Positions 9,140 through 19,402 are shown, counted from the first letter of the stretch. The stretch: DNA of 64,000 nt from Deltaproteobacteria bacterium (GCA_016930835.1 JAFGGA010000173.1:6156-70155); one strand, 5' to 3'. A program made the numbers and translations. The notes: a model not told the origin generated them from the letters alone.

Positions 9140-11365
9140 ATGACCGATCAATTCACTTTCTTAGATAAAAGACCCGATCACGAAAATCTTCTAGAGATTG
9201 AAGGTCAGATCGAACGGATTACTTATGCCGATGAAGAGAGCGGGTATACGGTTGCCAAGCTTATCGTGCAAGGATATCAGGACCTAATCACGGTCGTCGG
9301 AAATATCATTTCACCGTCACCCGGGGAAACATTGGTGGTCAGCGGGACCTGGATGGATCACCCCAAATTCGGTAGACAATTCAAGGTGGAAGACCATCGA
9401 ATAAAAGTGCCGGCTACTATTCAAGGCATTAAAAAGTATTTGGGTTCAGGGCTGATCAAGGGTATTGGTCCGGTCATGGCTTCCCGGATCGTAAAGAAAT
9501 TCGGCGAAAAGACATTAGATATCATCGAGCAGCGCATCGACGAACTCGTTCATGTTGAGGGAATCGGGCCAAAGCGTATTGATATGATCAGGGAGGCGTG
9601 GCAAGAGCAAAAAGAGATCCGAGATGTGATGATATTCCTTCAAACCCATGGCGTCGGATCGGCCTATGCCGCAAAGATCTTTAAAAGATATGGCCAAGGC
9701 TCCATACCTCTTTTAACCCAAAATCCATATCGCCTGGCGACGGATATCCTTGGTATCGGGTTTAATACAGCCGATCGTATTGCCGGCAATCTCGGCTTCG
9801 CGAAAAACTCACCCCTCCGTGCCGAGGCGGGTATGCTCTACGTTTTAAACCAACTCACTGACGAGGGACATGTCTATTATCCCTATGAGCCTCTTATTGA
9901 AAAATGTCAGGAAATATTGGGAGTGGACCGCGGGGTTATGGTTCAGGCCATCGATACCTTAAACCAGGAGGAGAAGATTGTCATAGAGGATTTGGATCAG
10001 GACTTTTCGGAAGCTAGAGCTAACGCAAAGGCCGTGTATCTTACCCGGTTTTATATCTCGGAGACCGGCATTCAACATCATTTTAGGCGTCTAATCCATT
10101 CACCAAAGACTATTCGAAAGATAGATACCGATAAGGCCCTTCAATGGGTGCAAGAAAAGATCCATTTACACCTGGCAAACAAACAAGTCGAGGCAGTTAA
10201 AAAGGCCATATCGGATAAAGTGATGGTGATTACCGGCGGCCCCGGCACCGGAAAGACGACCATCATCAATGCCGTTATTCGTATTTACAGCGAATTGGGT
10301 GTCCGCATCCAATTAGCCGCCCCGACCGGACGGGCAACCAAAAGGATGAGCGAGGCCACCGGTCATCCGGCAAAGACCATTCACCGGATGTTGGAATACA
10401 GCCGGCAAACAGGGGGATTCCAACGGGATCAAGATCATCCGCTTGACGTGGATGTCCTGATACTGGATGAGGTATCTATGATCGACACGATCTTGATGTA
10501 CCATCTTTTAAAGGCCATCCCCTCTTATGCCACTCTGATCCTAGTAGGGGATGAGAATCAATTACCATCCGTCGGAGCAGGAAGTATTTTAAAGGATATC
10601 CTGCAATCCGGAGTCGTAGCGGTTGTTGAGTTAAATGAGATATTTCGACAAGCCCAAAAAAGTAAAATCATCGTGAATGCCCATTTGATCAATCAAGGCC
10701 TTATCCCTGAATTCATACAAGATCGCAACAACCTGGAGGATTTCTATTTTATTGAGCAAGATGATCCGGTTCAGGTGATACAGATCATCTTAGAACTTGT
10801 AAGCATACGTATACCCAAACGATTTCATCTGGACCCCATTGATGAAATCCAGGTTCTCTCGCCTATGCATAAAGGGATTGTGGGCACGGGGAACCTGAAT
10901 ATAAGGCTTCAAGAAATATTGAACCCATCGGAGACAAAACTAATCAGGGGTGAACGGGCCTTTCGTCTTAATGACAAGGTGATGCAGATTCGAAACAACT
11001 ACGACAAAGAGGTTTTCAATGGGGATATGGGCCGGATTACATCCATTGATCCGGAAAATCAAACCATCACTATTGTTTTCGATGGCATGCCGGTCATCTA
11101 CGATTACTCTGAATTGGATGAGGTTGTCCAGGCATATGCGATCTCCGTGCATAAATCGCAAGGAAGTGAATATCCTGCTGTCATTATTCCGGTCTTATCC
11201 CAACATTATATTCTTCTTCAGAGAAACCTGATTTATACGGCTGTCACCAGGGGAAAGGCCCTGGTTGTTCTGGTGGGGAGCAAAAAGGCCTTGGCCATGG
11301 GTATAAAAAACAATAAGGTTATGCAGCGATATACCTATCTGGCGCAGCGATTAAGATCAGAATGA
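9140..11365 (+). CDS. recD2: RecD2-type SF1B ATP-dependent DNA helicase (RecD/TraA family)
   Basis: 741 aa. Helix-hairpin-helix region (GIGPVMASRIV, GIGPKRID), Walker A ITGGPGTGKTT, LILDEVSM, LVGDENQLPSVGAG and a C-terminal SVHKSQGSEY...YTAVTR. Confidence 0.9.
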   Translation: MTDQFTFLDKRPDHENLLEIEGQIERITYADEESGYTVAKLIVQGYQDLITVVGNIISPSPGETLVVSGTWMDHPKFGRQFKVEDHRIKVPATIQGIKKYLGSGLIKGIGPVMASRIVKKFGEKTLDIIEQRIDELVHVEGIGPKRIDMIREAWQEQKEIRDVMIFLQTHGVGSAYAAKIFKRYGQGSIPLLTQNPYRLATDILGIGFNTADRIAGNLGFAKNSPLRAEAGMLYVLNQLTDEGHVYYPYEPLIEKCQEILGVDRGVMVQAIDTLNQEEKIVIEDLDQDFSEARANAKAVYLTRFYISETGIQHHFRRLIHSPKTIRKIDTDKALQWVQEKIHLHLANKQVEAVKKAISDKVMVITGGPGTGKTTIINAVIRIYSELGVRIQLAAPTGRATKRMSEATGHPAKTIHRMLEYSRQTGGFQRDQDHPLDVDVLILDEVSMIDTILMYHLLKAIPSYATLILVGDENQLPSVGAGSILKDILQSGVVAVVELNEIFRQAQKSKIIVNAHLINQGLIPEFIQDRNNLEDFYFIEQDDPVQVIQIILELVSIRIPKRFHLDPIDEIQVLSPMHKGIVGTGNLNIRLQEILNPSETKLIRGERAFRLNDKVMQIRNNYDKEVFNGDMGRITSIDPENQTITIVFDGMPVIYDYSELDEVVQAYAISVHKSQGSEYPAVIIPVLSQHYILLQRNLIYTAVTRGKALVVLVGSKKALAMGIKNNKVMQRYTYLAQRLRSE

Positions 11366-11665
11366 ACCGATGGTTGTTTTGGGGTTTTTCCTGGGGAATT
11401 GATCAATTCCATTCGGATATGGTGGATCATAGCCTATCCAATTTCCCTGGGCGAACCTTTTTGGGTTTTCATGACGGGAAAACATCATTGGCATGGGAAT
11501 TGCTCGAATGGATAAAGCACCTTCTCCATTCTCGTTGCGCATGAAGGGCGAAAACCTTTTTGGTAAAAGGGCTTTTCTCTTTTTTCACGTGATCTTGAAA
11601 AAAGCCATTGGCTCTTAGATTTCATGTGGTGACCATCAAAGGTCTTAAAAAATATTGACGAAATT

Positions 11666-12478
11666 TTGACAATTCTCTTCAGAAAAATGACAGCCAGAAA
11701 TCTTGAGAAACGAAAAATTGAGACGAACGCGTGGATGACCACTTATACGGATCTTATGATCCTTCTCCTGACCTTCTTTGTCTTGCTTTTGAGCATGGCT
11801 ACCATTGATAAAAGAAAAAAAAGATTGGCCCTGAACTCCTTTGTCGGCGCGTTCGGATTTAAACCCGGCGCCCTCTCCATTCTCGGTAAGCCAAAGGGGA
11901 CCAATATAACAGTCGGTGACGCCCCCATCCAAATCGAGGATGTTCAGTTTGAAAGATTACGAAACATCGCCATGACGCATAACCTAGAATCCGATGTGTC
12001 CATGACCAAACAACTTGAACGGACTGTTATTTCATTGAACAACAGGGTATCGTTCAAGCCGGACTCTGACCAGCTTGAACCGGGGGTTCAAAAATTTCTT
12101 GAGGCATTGGCCTATTCCATTAAAAACAGCACAAAGCTTATTGAATTGCGGGGATACGTAGACCGAACGGAAACGGCCTTTCAGCCGGACAAGCTAAGAT
12201 ACAGCATGGAACTGAGTTCAAAAAGGGCCTTTGCCGTCTATCATTTTTTCAGGGAGCAAGGAGGGATTGACGCCGCGAAGATGGTTGCTCACGGCTTTGG
12301 ATTGAATTCACCGGAAGGAGACCTTGAAGGCGCTGTAAGCGGATTGAACCGATTGGTGGAGATTATACTCGACTATGATGAAGAGATCCCCTATCGGCTA
12401 AAAAAGACTGGTCGAACGGGTAACCCATTGGATTTCAAAGGCTTTTTATTCAGAGTCCCTGGCGGCAAGAATGAATAA
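11666..12478 (+). CDS. MotB/OmpA-family protein (N-terminal TM plug with conserved Asp, C-terminal peptidoglycan-binding OmpA-like domain)
   Basis: WMTTYTDLMILLLTFFVLLLSM (MotB-type TM with Asp). OmpA-like LIELRGYVD...MELSSKRAFAVYHFF...GFG. The start may be ATG 11687. Confidence 0.75.
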   Translation: MTILFRKMTARNLEKRKIETNAWMTTYTDLMILLLTFFVLLLSMATIDKRKKRLALNSFVGAFGFKPGALSILGKPKGTNITVGDAPIQIEDVQFERLRNIAMTHNLESDVSMTKQLERTVISLNNRVSFKPDSDQLEPGVQKFLEALAYSIKNSTKLIELRGYVDRTETAFQPDKLRYSMELSSKRAFAVYHFFREQGGIDAAKMVAHGFGLNSPEGDLEGAVSGLNRLVEIILDYDEEIPYRLKKTGRTGNPLDFKGFLFRVPGGKNE

Positions 12479-13205
12479 AACAAAAACAACAATGGCGGGA
12501 GAGCCCGGTGGGGTTGCGTCATGGATGGTCACCTTTTCCGATCTTTCCACCCTTTTACTGACCTTTTTCGTGCTCCTGCTCTCCATGTCATCCATGGATG
12601 ACAAGACCCTAAAGAGCCTATTTACCAATTTTACCAGCGCTTGCGGGATATTGTATTTCAAAGAATACGGAGAGATATATCGCCCTAAGGAGGTACTCAT
12701 TGAGGGAATTTATCAGCAATTAAAGGATACCTTGGTGATCAAAAGGGCGGATGATCCGGTTGAATATGCGGCCCAGACAAAAGAGACATTTCTAAGGGAG
12801 GCCGGTGGGCAAATCATCTTCGAAGACATGGAAAATGGTTTCAAACTCGTGTTCGGTCACCAACTCTTATTCGAATCCGGTGGGGCGGATATTAAACCAC
12901 AGATGAAGGCAGTCCTTGATCAAGTCGCAAAATTTATTACAAACACGGAATATCAGGTCTATATAGACGGTCATACGGACAATATTCCCATCCAGACGAG
13001 TGAGTTTCCGTCTAATAACGAGTTATCCTGGACAAGGGCCTATAATATTATGGATTATCTCGTAAAGACGGATGGCGTTTCATCCGGATTAATAGCCCTC
13101 GCTGGTTATGGGGAATACAAGCCCCTTTCGTCAAACGATACGCCGGAGGGAATGGAACAAAATCGTCGGGTGGAGATTATTTTTCAAAACACCACCTATT
13201 TCTGA
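12471..13205 (+). CDS. Second MotB/OmpA-family protein, overlapping the first by 8 nt
   Basis: WMVTFSDLSTLLLTFFVLLLSM and IDGHTDNIPI...NNELSWTRAYNIMDYL...GYGEYKP...NRRVEIIF. Confidence 0.8.
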   Translation: MNKTKTTMAGEPGGVASWMVTFSDLSTLLLTFFVLLLSMSSMDDKTLKSLFTNFTSACGILYFKEYGEIYRPKEVLIEGIYQQLKDTLVIKRADDPVEYAAQTKETFLREAGGQIIFEDMENGFKLVFGHQLLFESGGADIKPQMKAVLDQVAKFITNTEYQVYIDGHTDNIPIQTSEFPSNNELSWTRAYNIMDYLVKTDGVSSGLIALAGYGEYKPLSSNDTPEGMEQNRRVEIIFQNTTYF

Positions 13206-14521
13206 TTTTTTTCTCTTTTTTTAAATATTAGTTGCAGGGGCGTATTTTTGAGGTCAAAATGCTCCCTCATCTGATTTAATATAAACCGCTCATAAGAAAA
13301 ATGAATCAATTCCGGCCTGTTTACAAAAATCACGAAGGTAGGGGGTTTGATTCCTGTCTGCGTGGCATAGAAGATTTTTAGACGACTCCTTCCGACCTGA
13401 GGCGGCGGCTTCTTTTGAATCATCTCTGAGATGGCATCGTTAACGGCACTCGTACCGACCCTTGTGCAAAACTGGCCATAAACCAGATCGATGTATTGCA
13501 GTAAGCTTTCCACGCCTTCACCGGTAAGGGCCGAAAGATTGATCCGAGGAGCAAATGATGCGAATTTTAATTTCAGTTCAAATGTGCGTTCAAGGTGCCT
13601 CCTTTGCTCCAGGTTTTTCTTGATCAGATCCCATTTATTGACTGCCAAAATCATGCCCCGACCTTTTTCATAAGCATACCCGCAAATCCTTGCGTCCTGT
13701 TCAGCAATCCCGGCCGCCGCGTCCAAAAGGATAATGGCCACATGACATCGGTCAAGACTTTTGAGGGCCTTCATGACCGAAAATTTTTCAATCTTTTTAT
13801 TGACCTTGCTTTTCCTTCGAATACCGGCCGTGTCGATAAAAAGATATTCTTTTCCTTTCCATGTAAAATGCGTATCCACGGAATCACGAGTGGTTCCAGG
13901 CATGTCATTGACAATTAGCCTTTCAAAACCCAAAATTCGATTGATCAGGGAAGATTTGCCCGCATTGGGACGCCCGATCATCGCAACACGGATTCGATCA
14001 CTATCTTCTCTCTCAGGAACCGGTTTGGGTAAGCCTCGTATCACATCGGCCATCAATGCCTTGATGCCGTAACCATGGGCGGCTGAAATGGAATAGACTT
14101 TATCCCATCCCAATGAATAAAATTCGGACGCCATTCCTTCATGTTCAACGCCGTCAATTTTATTTACGGCCAAGAATATCATCTTGTCGGTGCGACGTAA
14201 GATCCGAGTAATATCTTCATCACCAGGCATGGCGCCCTGTGGTCCATCTACCATAAAAATGATTCGATCAGCTTCGCGGATGGCTTCTTCCACCTGGCTT
14301 CGGACTTGATGCATAAGCGGCTCTTCTTGGAGATTGTCGAAACCGCCGGTGTCAATAATGGTTAATGAAGTGCCTTCCCAATGGATAGACGCATAAAGAC
14401 GGTCTCTTGTAATACCCGGGGCATCATCCACAAGAGAATCTCTTGATCTGGATAGTCGATTAAAAAGAGTGGATTTTCCCACATTGGGGCGCCCTACTAT
14501 GGCCACAAAGGATGTCGTCAT
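13196..14521 (-). CDS. der: Ribosome-associated GTPase Der (EngA), double GTPase domain plus KH-like domain
   Basis: Two G-domains (GRPNVGKSTLFNR and GRPNAGKSSLINR; DTGG and DTAGIR; NKID and NKWD). Confidence 0.95.
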   Translation of the reverse strand: MTTSFVAIVGRPNVGKSTLFNRLSRSRDSLVDDAPGITRDRLYASIHWEGTSLTIIDTGGFDNLQEEPLMHQVRSQVEEAIREADRIIFMVDGPQGAMPGDEDITRILRRTDKMIFLAVNKIDGVEHEGMASEFYSLGWDKVYSISAAHGYGIKALMADVIRGLPKPVPEREDSDRIRVAMIGRPNAGKSSLINRILGFERLIVNDMPGTTRDSVDTHFTWKGKEYLFIDTAGIRRKSKVNKKIEKFSVMKALKSLDRCHVAIILLDAAAGIAEQDARICGYAYEKGRGMILAVNKWDLIKKNLEQRRHLERTFELKLKFASFAPRINLSALTGEGVESLLQYIDLVYGQFCTRVGTSAVNDAISEMIQKKPPPQVGRSRLKIFYATQTGIKPPTFVIFVNRPELIHFSYERFILNQMREHFDLKNTPLQLIFKKREKNQK

Positions 14522-14537
14522 GTGAAAGAAAAGGGAG

Positions 14538-14933
14538 TTATTGTGGATAGGCCGGGAGATTTTCCCTGATAGTCCGGTTTAGGTCCATCAATCTTACGGG
14601 TTTTTCAAGCAGGGACACGGCAATACCTTCGGAAATGGTCCGACGAGCACGGGAATCACCTGGATTGCCGGTTAAAACCAGGATTCTCGCTTCAGGATTT
14701 ATGGATTTGATCTTTGAGGATGATTCGTACCCATCCATCACAGGCATTTCAATATCCATGAGGACCAGGTCGGGCATAAAAGACTGGTATTTTTCAACAG
14801 CTTCCTGACCATTGAAGGCCCTCTCAACATCAAAATCCCCCTCCATGTGAAGGGCCTCTGAAATAAGTTCCGTAATAAATTGTTCATCATCCACAATAAG
14901 TATCTTTTTTTGTTCCATTTGCAAAGGCCCCAT
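14538..14933 (-). CDS. Single-domain response regulator (CheY-like receiver)
   Basis: KILIVDDE, LVLMDIEMPVMDG and LLEKP. The start is probably ATG 14918 (MEQKK). Confidence 0.85.
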   Translation of the reverse strand: MGPLQMEQKKILIVDDEQFITELISEALHMEGDFDVERAFNGQEAVEKYQSFMPDLVLMDIEMPVMDGYESSSKIKSINPEARILVLTGNPGDSRARRTISEGIAVSLLEKPVRLMDLNRTIRENLPAYPQ

Positions 14934-15395
14934 CCTCAGAATGGTTAATGAAAAAGTGTGTCTATGATAAGACTTCTTGACTTTATTGTCAATAAAAAAT
15001 AACTATATATTGTGTTTTATAAAAATGATAGTATGATATATTGTGTAATATAAACATGTTTTCAACTTTTTCCAGGAGCTGCTTTGATAGATATTTTAAT
15101 GGGATAAATCAGTTTTCAACAATAATTAATGCGATTCCAGGGAACTGAAAGTTTTTAGCTTGACGGAGAATATCTATCTGGATAAGCATTTGTAGGTAAA
15201 CATGGTCAAAGGACTTATATCCGATTTCATCAAGAGGTTAATATCCCAAGAAAGATTTTCTCATTGAAGATTCTTATGGAAATGTGCTCATTTACTTTGT
15301 CCGGTAAAAAATTTATAAACCTTCAAGAAACAAAAATCCAGGAATATTTTAGTATTTTTTTTAACGCAAATAATCATTCATAATTCGAGTCAGTT

Positions 15396-16985
15396 ATGCC
15401 TACCAAATACATCATCGTCACGGGTGGCGTCCTTTCCGGCCTAGGGAAAGGGATTGCCGCCGCATCGATCGGCCATCTCCTTTCGTCTAAATTAAAGATC
15501 GTCCCGATTAAGTGTGATGGATACTTGAATGTGGACCCCGGCACCATGAATCCATATGAACACGGAGAAGTGTTTGTATTGGATGATGGCGGGGAAGTGG
15601 ATATGGATTTTGGACATTATGAACGATTTCTAGGAGTGACCTGCCGCTCCACATGGAATCTGACCATGGGCAAGGTATTTGATATGGTTAGACAAAAGGA
15701 GCGGCGCGGTGATTATCTCGGGAAAACCGTTCAATATATTCCCCATGTTACGGACGTCATCAAAAACCATATTTTTGATGTGGCCAGGCAAGAATCTGCG
15801 GATCTCATGATTGTGGAGATTGGAGGGACCGTCGGTGATATTGAGAATGAATTGTTTCTCGAAGCCATGAGACAAATGAAAGAGGATGTGGGCAAAGAGA
15901 ACACAATCTATATCCATCTTACCTACGTACCCATACCCTATGGGGTAAATGAGCAAAAATCAAAACCGACCCAACAAAGTGTGAACCTGTTAAAACAGAG
16001 GGGCATCTTTCCGGATATCATCATCGGTAGGTGCTCGGAGTATCTGACAAAAGAAGTAAAAACAAAGATCTCCAATTTCTGCGACGTTGACCCAGAGGCG
16101 GTCATAACCGGTCTTGATGTGGATGATATTTATGAAATACCCCTGGTATTTGAGGAAGAGGGTCTTCCAGGAATCCTACATAAAAAATTAAATATATATA
16201 GTCCGCCTGATCTACGAAAATGGAAAGAATTAATCAATAACCTCAGAAATCCCGAAAAAGAGATCACCGTGGCCATGTGCGGAAAATATACAAAATTAGA
16301 AGATTCGTATGCCTCCATTATTGAATCCTTTAACCATTGTTCCGCACATTTGGGGTGTAAGATCAAACTCAAATGGGTGGAAACCACGGATTTGTGCGAT
16401 GCTTCTTTCCTGGATCAGATACACGGCATCGTTGTGCCCGGCGGATTCGGTTCTAGGGGAGCGGAAGGGAAAATTGAGGCAGTCCGACAGGCCAGGGAAA
16501 AGGATATCCCCTTTTTAGGCCTTTGTCTTGGCCTGCATATGGCTGTTATTGAATTCGCCAGGAATGTTTGTCATCTGAAAGGGGCCAATTCGACCGAGAT
16601 GGATCCCGAAACACCCTATCCGGTCATTGATATTCTACCGGAACAAAGAAACATTAAGGAAAAAGGCGGGACTATGCGGTTGGGGGCCTATCCGGCTGTT
16701 CTCAAGGAAGATTCAAAAGTTTATGCGCTATACAATGCCAGAGAGGTCACTGAGAGACATCGGCATCGCTATGAGGTTAATCCGGCATATCACGAAATAC
16801 TTCTTCAAAACGGTATGGTATTTTCGGGCGTTTCACCGGATGGAAGGCTTGTGGAATTTCTTGAACTGCCTCAATTGCGGTACTTTATTGCCACCCAGGC
16901 CCACCCGGAACTGAAATCAAGGATGGAAGCCCCTGCCCCTCTATTTAAAGGATTCGTTAAGGCCTGCCTTGATAGGATGGGATGA
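15396..16985 (+). CDS. pyrG: CTP synthase
   Basis: MPTKYIIVTGGVLSGLGKGI, a glutamine amidotransferase half with GLCLGLH, and HRHRYEVN. Confidence 0.97.
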   Translation: MPTKYIIVTGGVLSGLGKGIAAASIGHLLSSKLKIVPIKCDGYLNVDPGTMNPYEHGEVFVLDDGGEVDMDFGHYERFLGVTCRSTWNLTMGKVFDMVRQKERRGDYLGKTVQYIPHVTDVIKNHIFDVARQESADLMIVEIGGTVGDIENELFLEAMRQMKEDVGKENTIYIHLTYVPIPYGVNEQKSKPTQQSVNLLKQRGIFPDIIIGRCSEYLTKEVKTKISNFCDVDPEAVITGLDVDDIYEIPLVFEEEGLPGILHKKLNIYSPPDLRKWKELINNLRNPEKEITVAMCGKYTKLEDSYASIIESFNHCSAHLGCKIKLKWVETTDLCDASFLDQIHGIVVPGGFGSRGAEGKIEAVRQAREKDIPFLGLCLGLHMAVIEFARNVCHLKGANSTEMDPETPYPVIDILPEQRNIKEKGGTMRLGAYPAVLKEDSKVYALYNAREVTERHRHRYEVNPAYHEILLQNGMVFSGVSPDGRLVEFLELPQLRYFIATQAHPELKSRMEAPAPLFKGFVKACLDRMG

Positions 16986-17058
16986 TTCGGTGCAAGAATT
17001 TTGAATAGAGAGTAATGAAAACGACTTTTTTCAATCTTTTTATGGTTATCGATATTGA

Positions 17059-17436
17059 TTGAATGGTATCATGGGGCTTAAAGGTTATCGGATTATCTTT
17101 TTGGGGCTCAATGGGCCGAAGGATTCATTTATCGAGGGGATGGCCTCACTTGGCGTATCCCAAGAGATGGCGGATTATATCGTTCTCAAGGCCCCCATTA
17201 TATTGAAAGAGAAGATGAGCCTCGAATATGCCAGACGCTATGCCGACGCAATCTATTATGCCGGAGGGATTGTGCGAATCCAGGAGAACGGGACCATCAG
17301 CGACCTCCGAAACCCCGATCATTCCCCGCGTATCCCAACCCTTGAAAACTTTATCATGTGTCCTGAATGCGGCCTTAAACAATTTAAGGCAGCGTTCTGC
17401 AAACGCTGCGGCTTTACGCTAACCAATAATGAGTGA
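17059..17436 (+). CDS. Hypothetical protein: ribosomal L7/L12 C-terminal-domain-like segment plus C-terminal zinc ribbon
   Basis: GVSQEMADYIVLKAPIILKEKMSLEYARRYADAIYYAGGIVRIQ resembles the L7/L12 CTD pattern (kea.dlv..aP..lke.vskeeAe..k..le.aGa.v.l). CPECG...CKRCG zinc ribbon at the C-terminus. Confidence 0.45.
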   Translation: MNGIMGLKGYRIIFLGLNGPKDSFIEGMASLGVSQEMADYIVLKAPIILKEKMSLEYARRYADAIYYAGGIVRIQENGTISDLRNPDHSPRIPTLENFIMCPECGLKQFKAAFCKRCGFTLTNNE

Positions 17437-17444
17437 AATAACAA

Positions 17445-17972
17445 GTGTCCAGCGTGATTGATATTCAAAAGGCCCGATTAGATCTGAAGGTTAAAAAAGG
17501 ATATCGAAATTGGGCGAGTCAGTTCAATGAGACCTTTGGATGTGAGACGCATCTAGCTGATATTTCTTCAAAAACGATCATGTTTTTGGCACAGGGCAGA
17601 GAAAAAAGCTCTTTTTATCTTTATGATCTTATCATGAACCTGCAAGATCTGGGATCCGGATTTGAATTAAACGAATTGCATACATCGGAAAAGATGTTGA
17701 TTATGGACCGATATCTGTTTTTATTGGATCGTATCCGGTTTGAATACATGAGACGGCTGGGTTGGTTGGAAGACTATCCCGGGCAGGGACTTTCATTGGT
17801 TGAGATGATCATGCAATTTGAACGATTGGCGCCTGGACTACAGGCCAAGACCCCGACCCTCAGCAGAGATCACCCGGAATATGAACGGTTCATAAAGTTG
17901 AACGCATTTGAAAAAGAAGAATTTATCAGGAGATTAATCCCTGAGGCCATAAAAACGATGCGAGATCATTAG
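17445..17972 (+). CDS. Hypothetical protein (175 aa), no family recognised
   Basis: ORF only, placed 8 nt after the previous gene (probable operon partner). Confidence 0.4.
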   Translation: MSSVIDIQKARLDLKVKKGYRNWASQFNETFGCETHLADISSKTIMFLAQGREKSSFYLYDLIMNLQDLGSGFELNELHTSEKMLIMDRYLFLLDRIRFEYMRRLGWLEDYPGQGLSLVEMIMQFERLAPGLQAKTPTLSRDHPEYERFIKLNAFEKEEFIRRLIPEAIKTMRDH

Positions 17973-18223
17973 ATGACTTTATATACCAGGTCGTTCTCGC
18001 GAACCCTTTCTTTAACCTTTATTCCAATCATGTCTCCTGCTTTGGCCTCTTCAACCGGTTGGTTATCCACCTCCATGCTAAATACCTCTTCCGTAAAATC
18101 GGTCGTGTACCCTTTATACCGCAGGATATCTCCTTTTTTAATGCTTCCGGTTTTCATATCGATGGCGGCCACACCGGGTTTTGCAAAAAACTTAACGACC
18201 ACTCCGACTTGTTCCTCAGACAT
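17969..18223 (-). CDS. Small beta-barrel protein resembling translation-factor domain 2 (EF-Tu D2-like)
   Basis: GSIKKGDILRYKGYTTDF...VDNQPVEEAKAGDMIGIKV resembles the EF-Tu/IF2 domain-2 barrel. GGAGGTG lies 6 nt before ATG 18223, which favours this start over 18256. Confidence 0.4.
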   Translation of the reverse strand: MSEEQVGVVVKFFAKPGVAAIDMKTGSIKKGDILRYKGYTTDFTEEVFSMEVDNQPVEEAKAGDMIGIKVKERVRENDLVYKVI

Positions 18224-18507
18224 GATATCACCTCCTGGTAGAGATAGTGATAACAAAATATAATTTACTGTATATCAATCTTTTGTCACATCTGTCAAGG
18301 AGTCATCCATATAGCATGGTTGGGCTAATGGGATTGTATCCATTACCAATGACATATTGATTGGTTATGACCTGCTACGATTTCGGGTGTTGTAATATTT
18401 CAGAACATGCTGGTCGAAAACGGTTTTTGGGTGCAGAGGGATCATCTTTCAAATTCACCACCCAAAGTCCGAATTTCATCTATTTTGGACAGCAATGATT
18501 TCAGAAT

Positions 18508-19305
18508 ATGATTGAACAAGCCGTTCCAATCATATACTATTGCGCCATGGAAGATTACAAAAAAAGATTAGCCGTTATTCTTGCTGAAACTGGCTCCTTG
18601 TTCTTTGATAAAGATCTCATCCTAAAGGATGGACGGCCCACACCCTATTTTGTCAATTTCGGTATGTTCAGGACCGGACGGTTGAGTATGGAATTGGGGT
18701 CCTTTTTTGCCGAGATGATGGTGGATCGCGGCATTGTCGATCATACGGATATCATTCTAGGGCCGTCTTATAAAGGAAGCGCCATTGCGTTGGCCGCCTC
18801 TATTGCCCTCTACACCCATTTTGGTTGTGACCTCCTATTTGAATACGATCGAAAAGAGGCAAAGCGGCATGGAGAAGGAAGCAAAGGCGGTAGCATGATG
18901 GTCAATCGGACTCTATTTAACGGTTGCCGTATATTTGTCGTTGATGACGTGGCCTCTTCCATGGCCACAAAATATGATCTCATTGACAAGATCCTTATGG
19001 ATGCGGAGGCCCAAAACTTGGATGTAACTGTAATCGGTATTGGTATTGCCGTCGACCGTGAACAGACCACAGCCGTCTACGATCAGGAAGGGAAGGTTGT
19101 CATCAACCAAAAAGGGGAAAATACGATTCAGGGGTTTACATCAAAAACCGGCATTCCTGTCCATTCCATAGCCGGGATCCGGGAGATTATCAACTATCTT
19201 TTTATGGATAAGATTCCCGTGATGATCAACGGAACTCCCAGACCCATGGATGAGGAGACAAAATTTCGATTTGATGAATATCTACGGGTATACGGGAATG
19301 ATTGA
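18508..19305 (+). CDS. Orotate phosphoribosyltransferase-like type I PRTase
   Basis: FFDKDLILKDGRPTPYFVNFG (PyrE-like substrate hood). The PRPP loop IFVVDDVASSMATK is atypical because the usual TTG is missing. The start is likely ATG 18547. Confidence 0.55.
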   Translation: MIEQAVPIIYYCAMEDYKKRLAVILAETGSLFFDKDLILKDGRPTPYFVNFGMFRTGRLSMELGSFFAEMMVDRGIVDHTDIILGPSYKGSAIALAASIALYTHFGCDLLFEYDRKEAKRHGEGSKGGSMMVNRTLFNGCRIFVVDDVASSMATKYDLIDKILMDAEAQNLDVTVIGIGIAVDREQTTAVYDQEGKVVINQKGENTIQGFTSKTGIPVHSIAGIREIINYLFMDKIPVMINGTPRPMDEETKFRFDEYLRVYGND

Positions 19306-19402
19306 TTGGACAGGTTGTCTACCTTAATCGACATCAATAAAAAACAATGTTCCTGGATTTGATGAAAAGGATATCCTCACTCACCTTATAGCATTATATT
19401 CC

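Noticed and set aside
9140..13205. RecD2 helicase followed by two MotB-like genes as a Zorya-like anti-phage system.
   Set aside because: Zorya requires a large MotA-like ZorA plus ZorC/D-type components. No MotA-like gene or nuclease/helicase of the ZorD type is present, RecD2 looks like the ordinary housekeeping SF1B helicase, and a 300-bp gap separates the genes.
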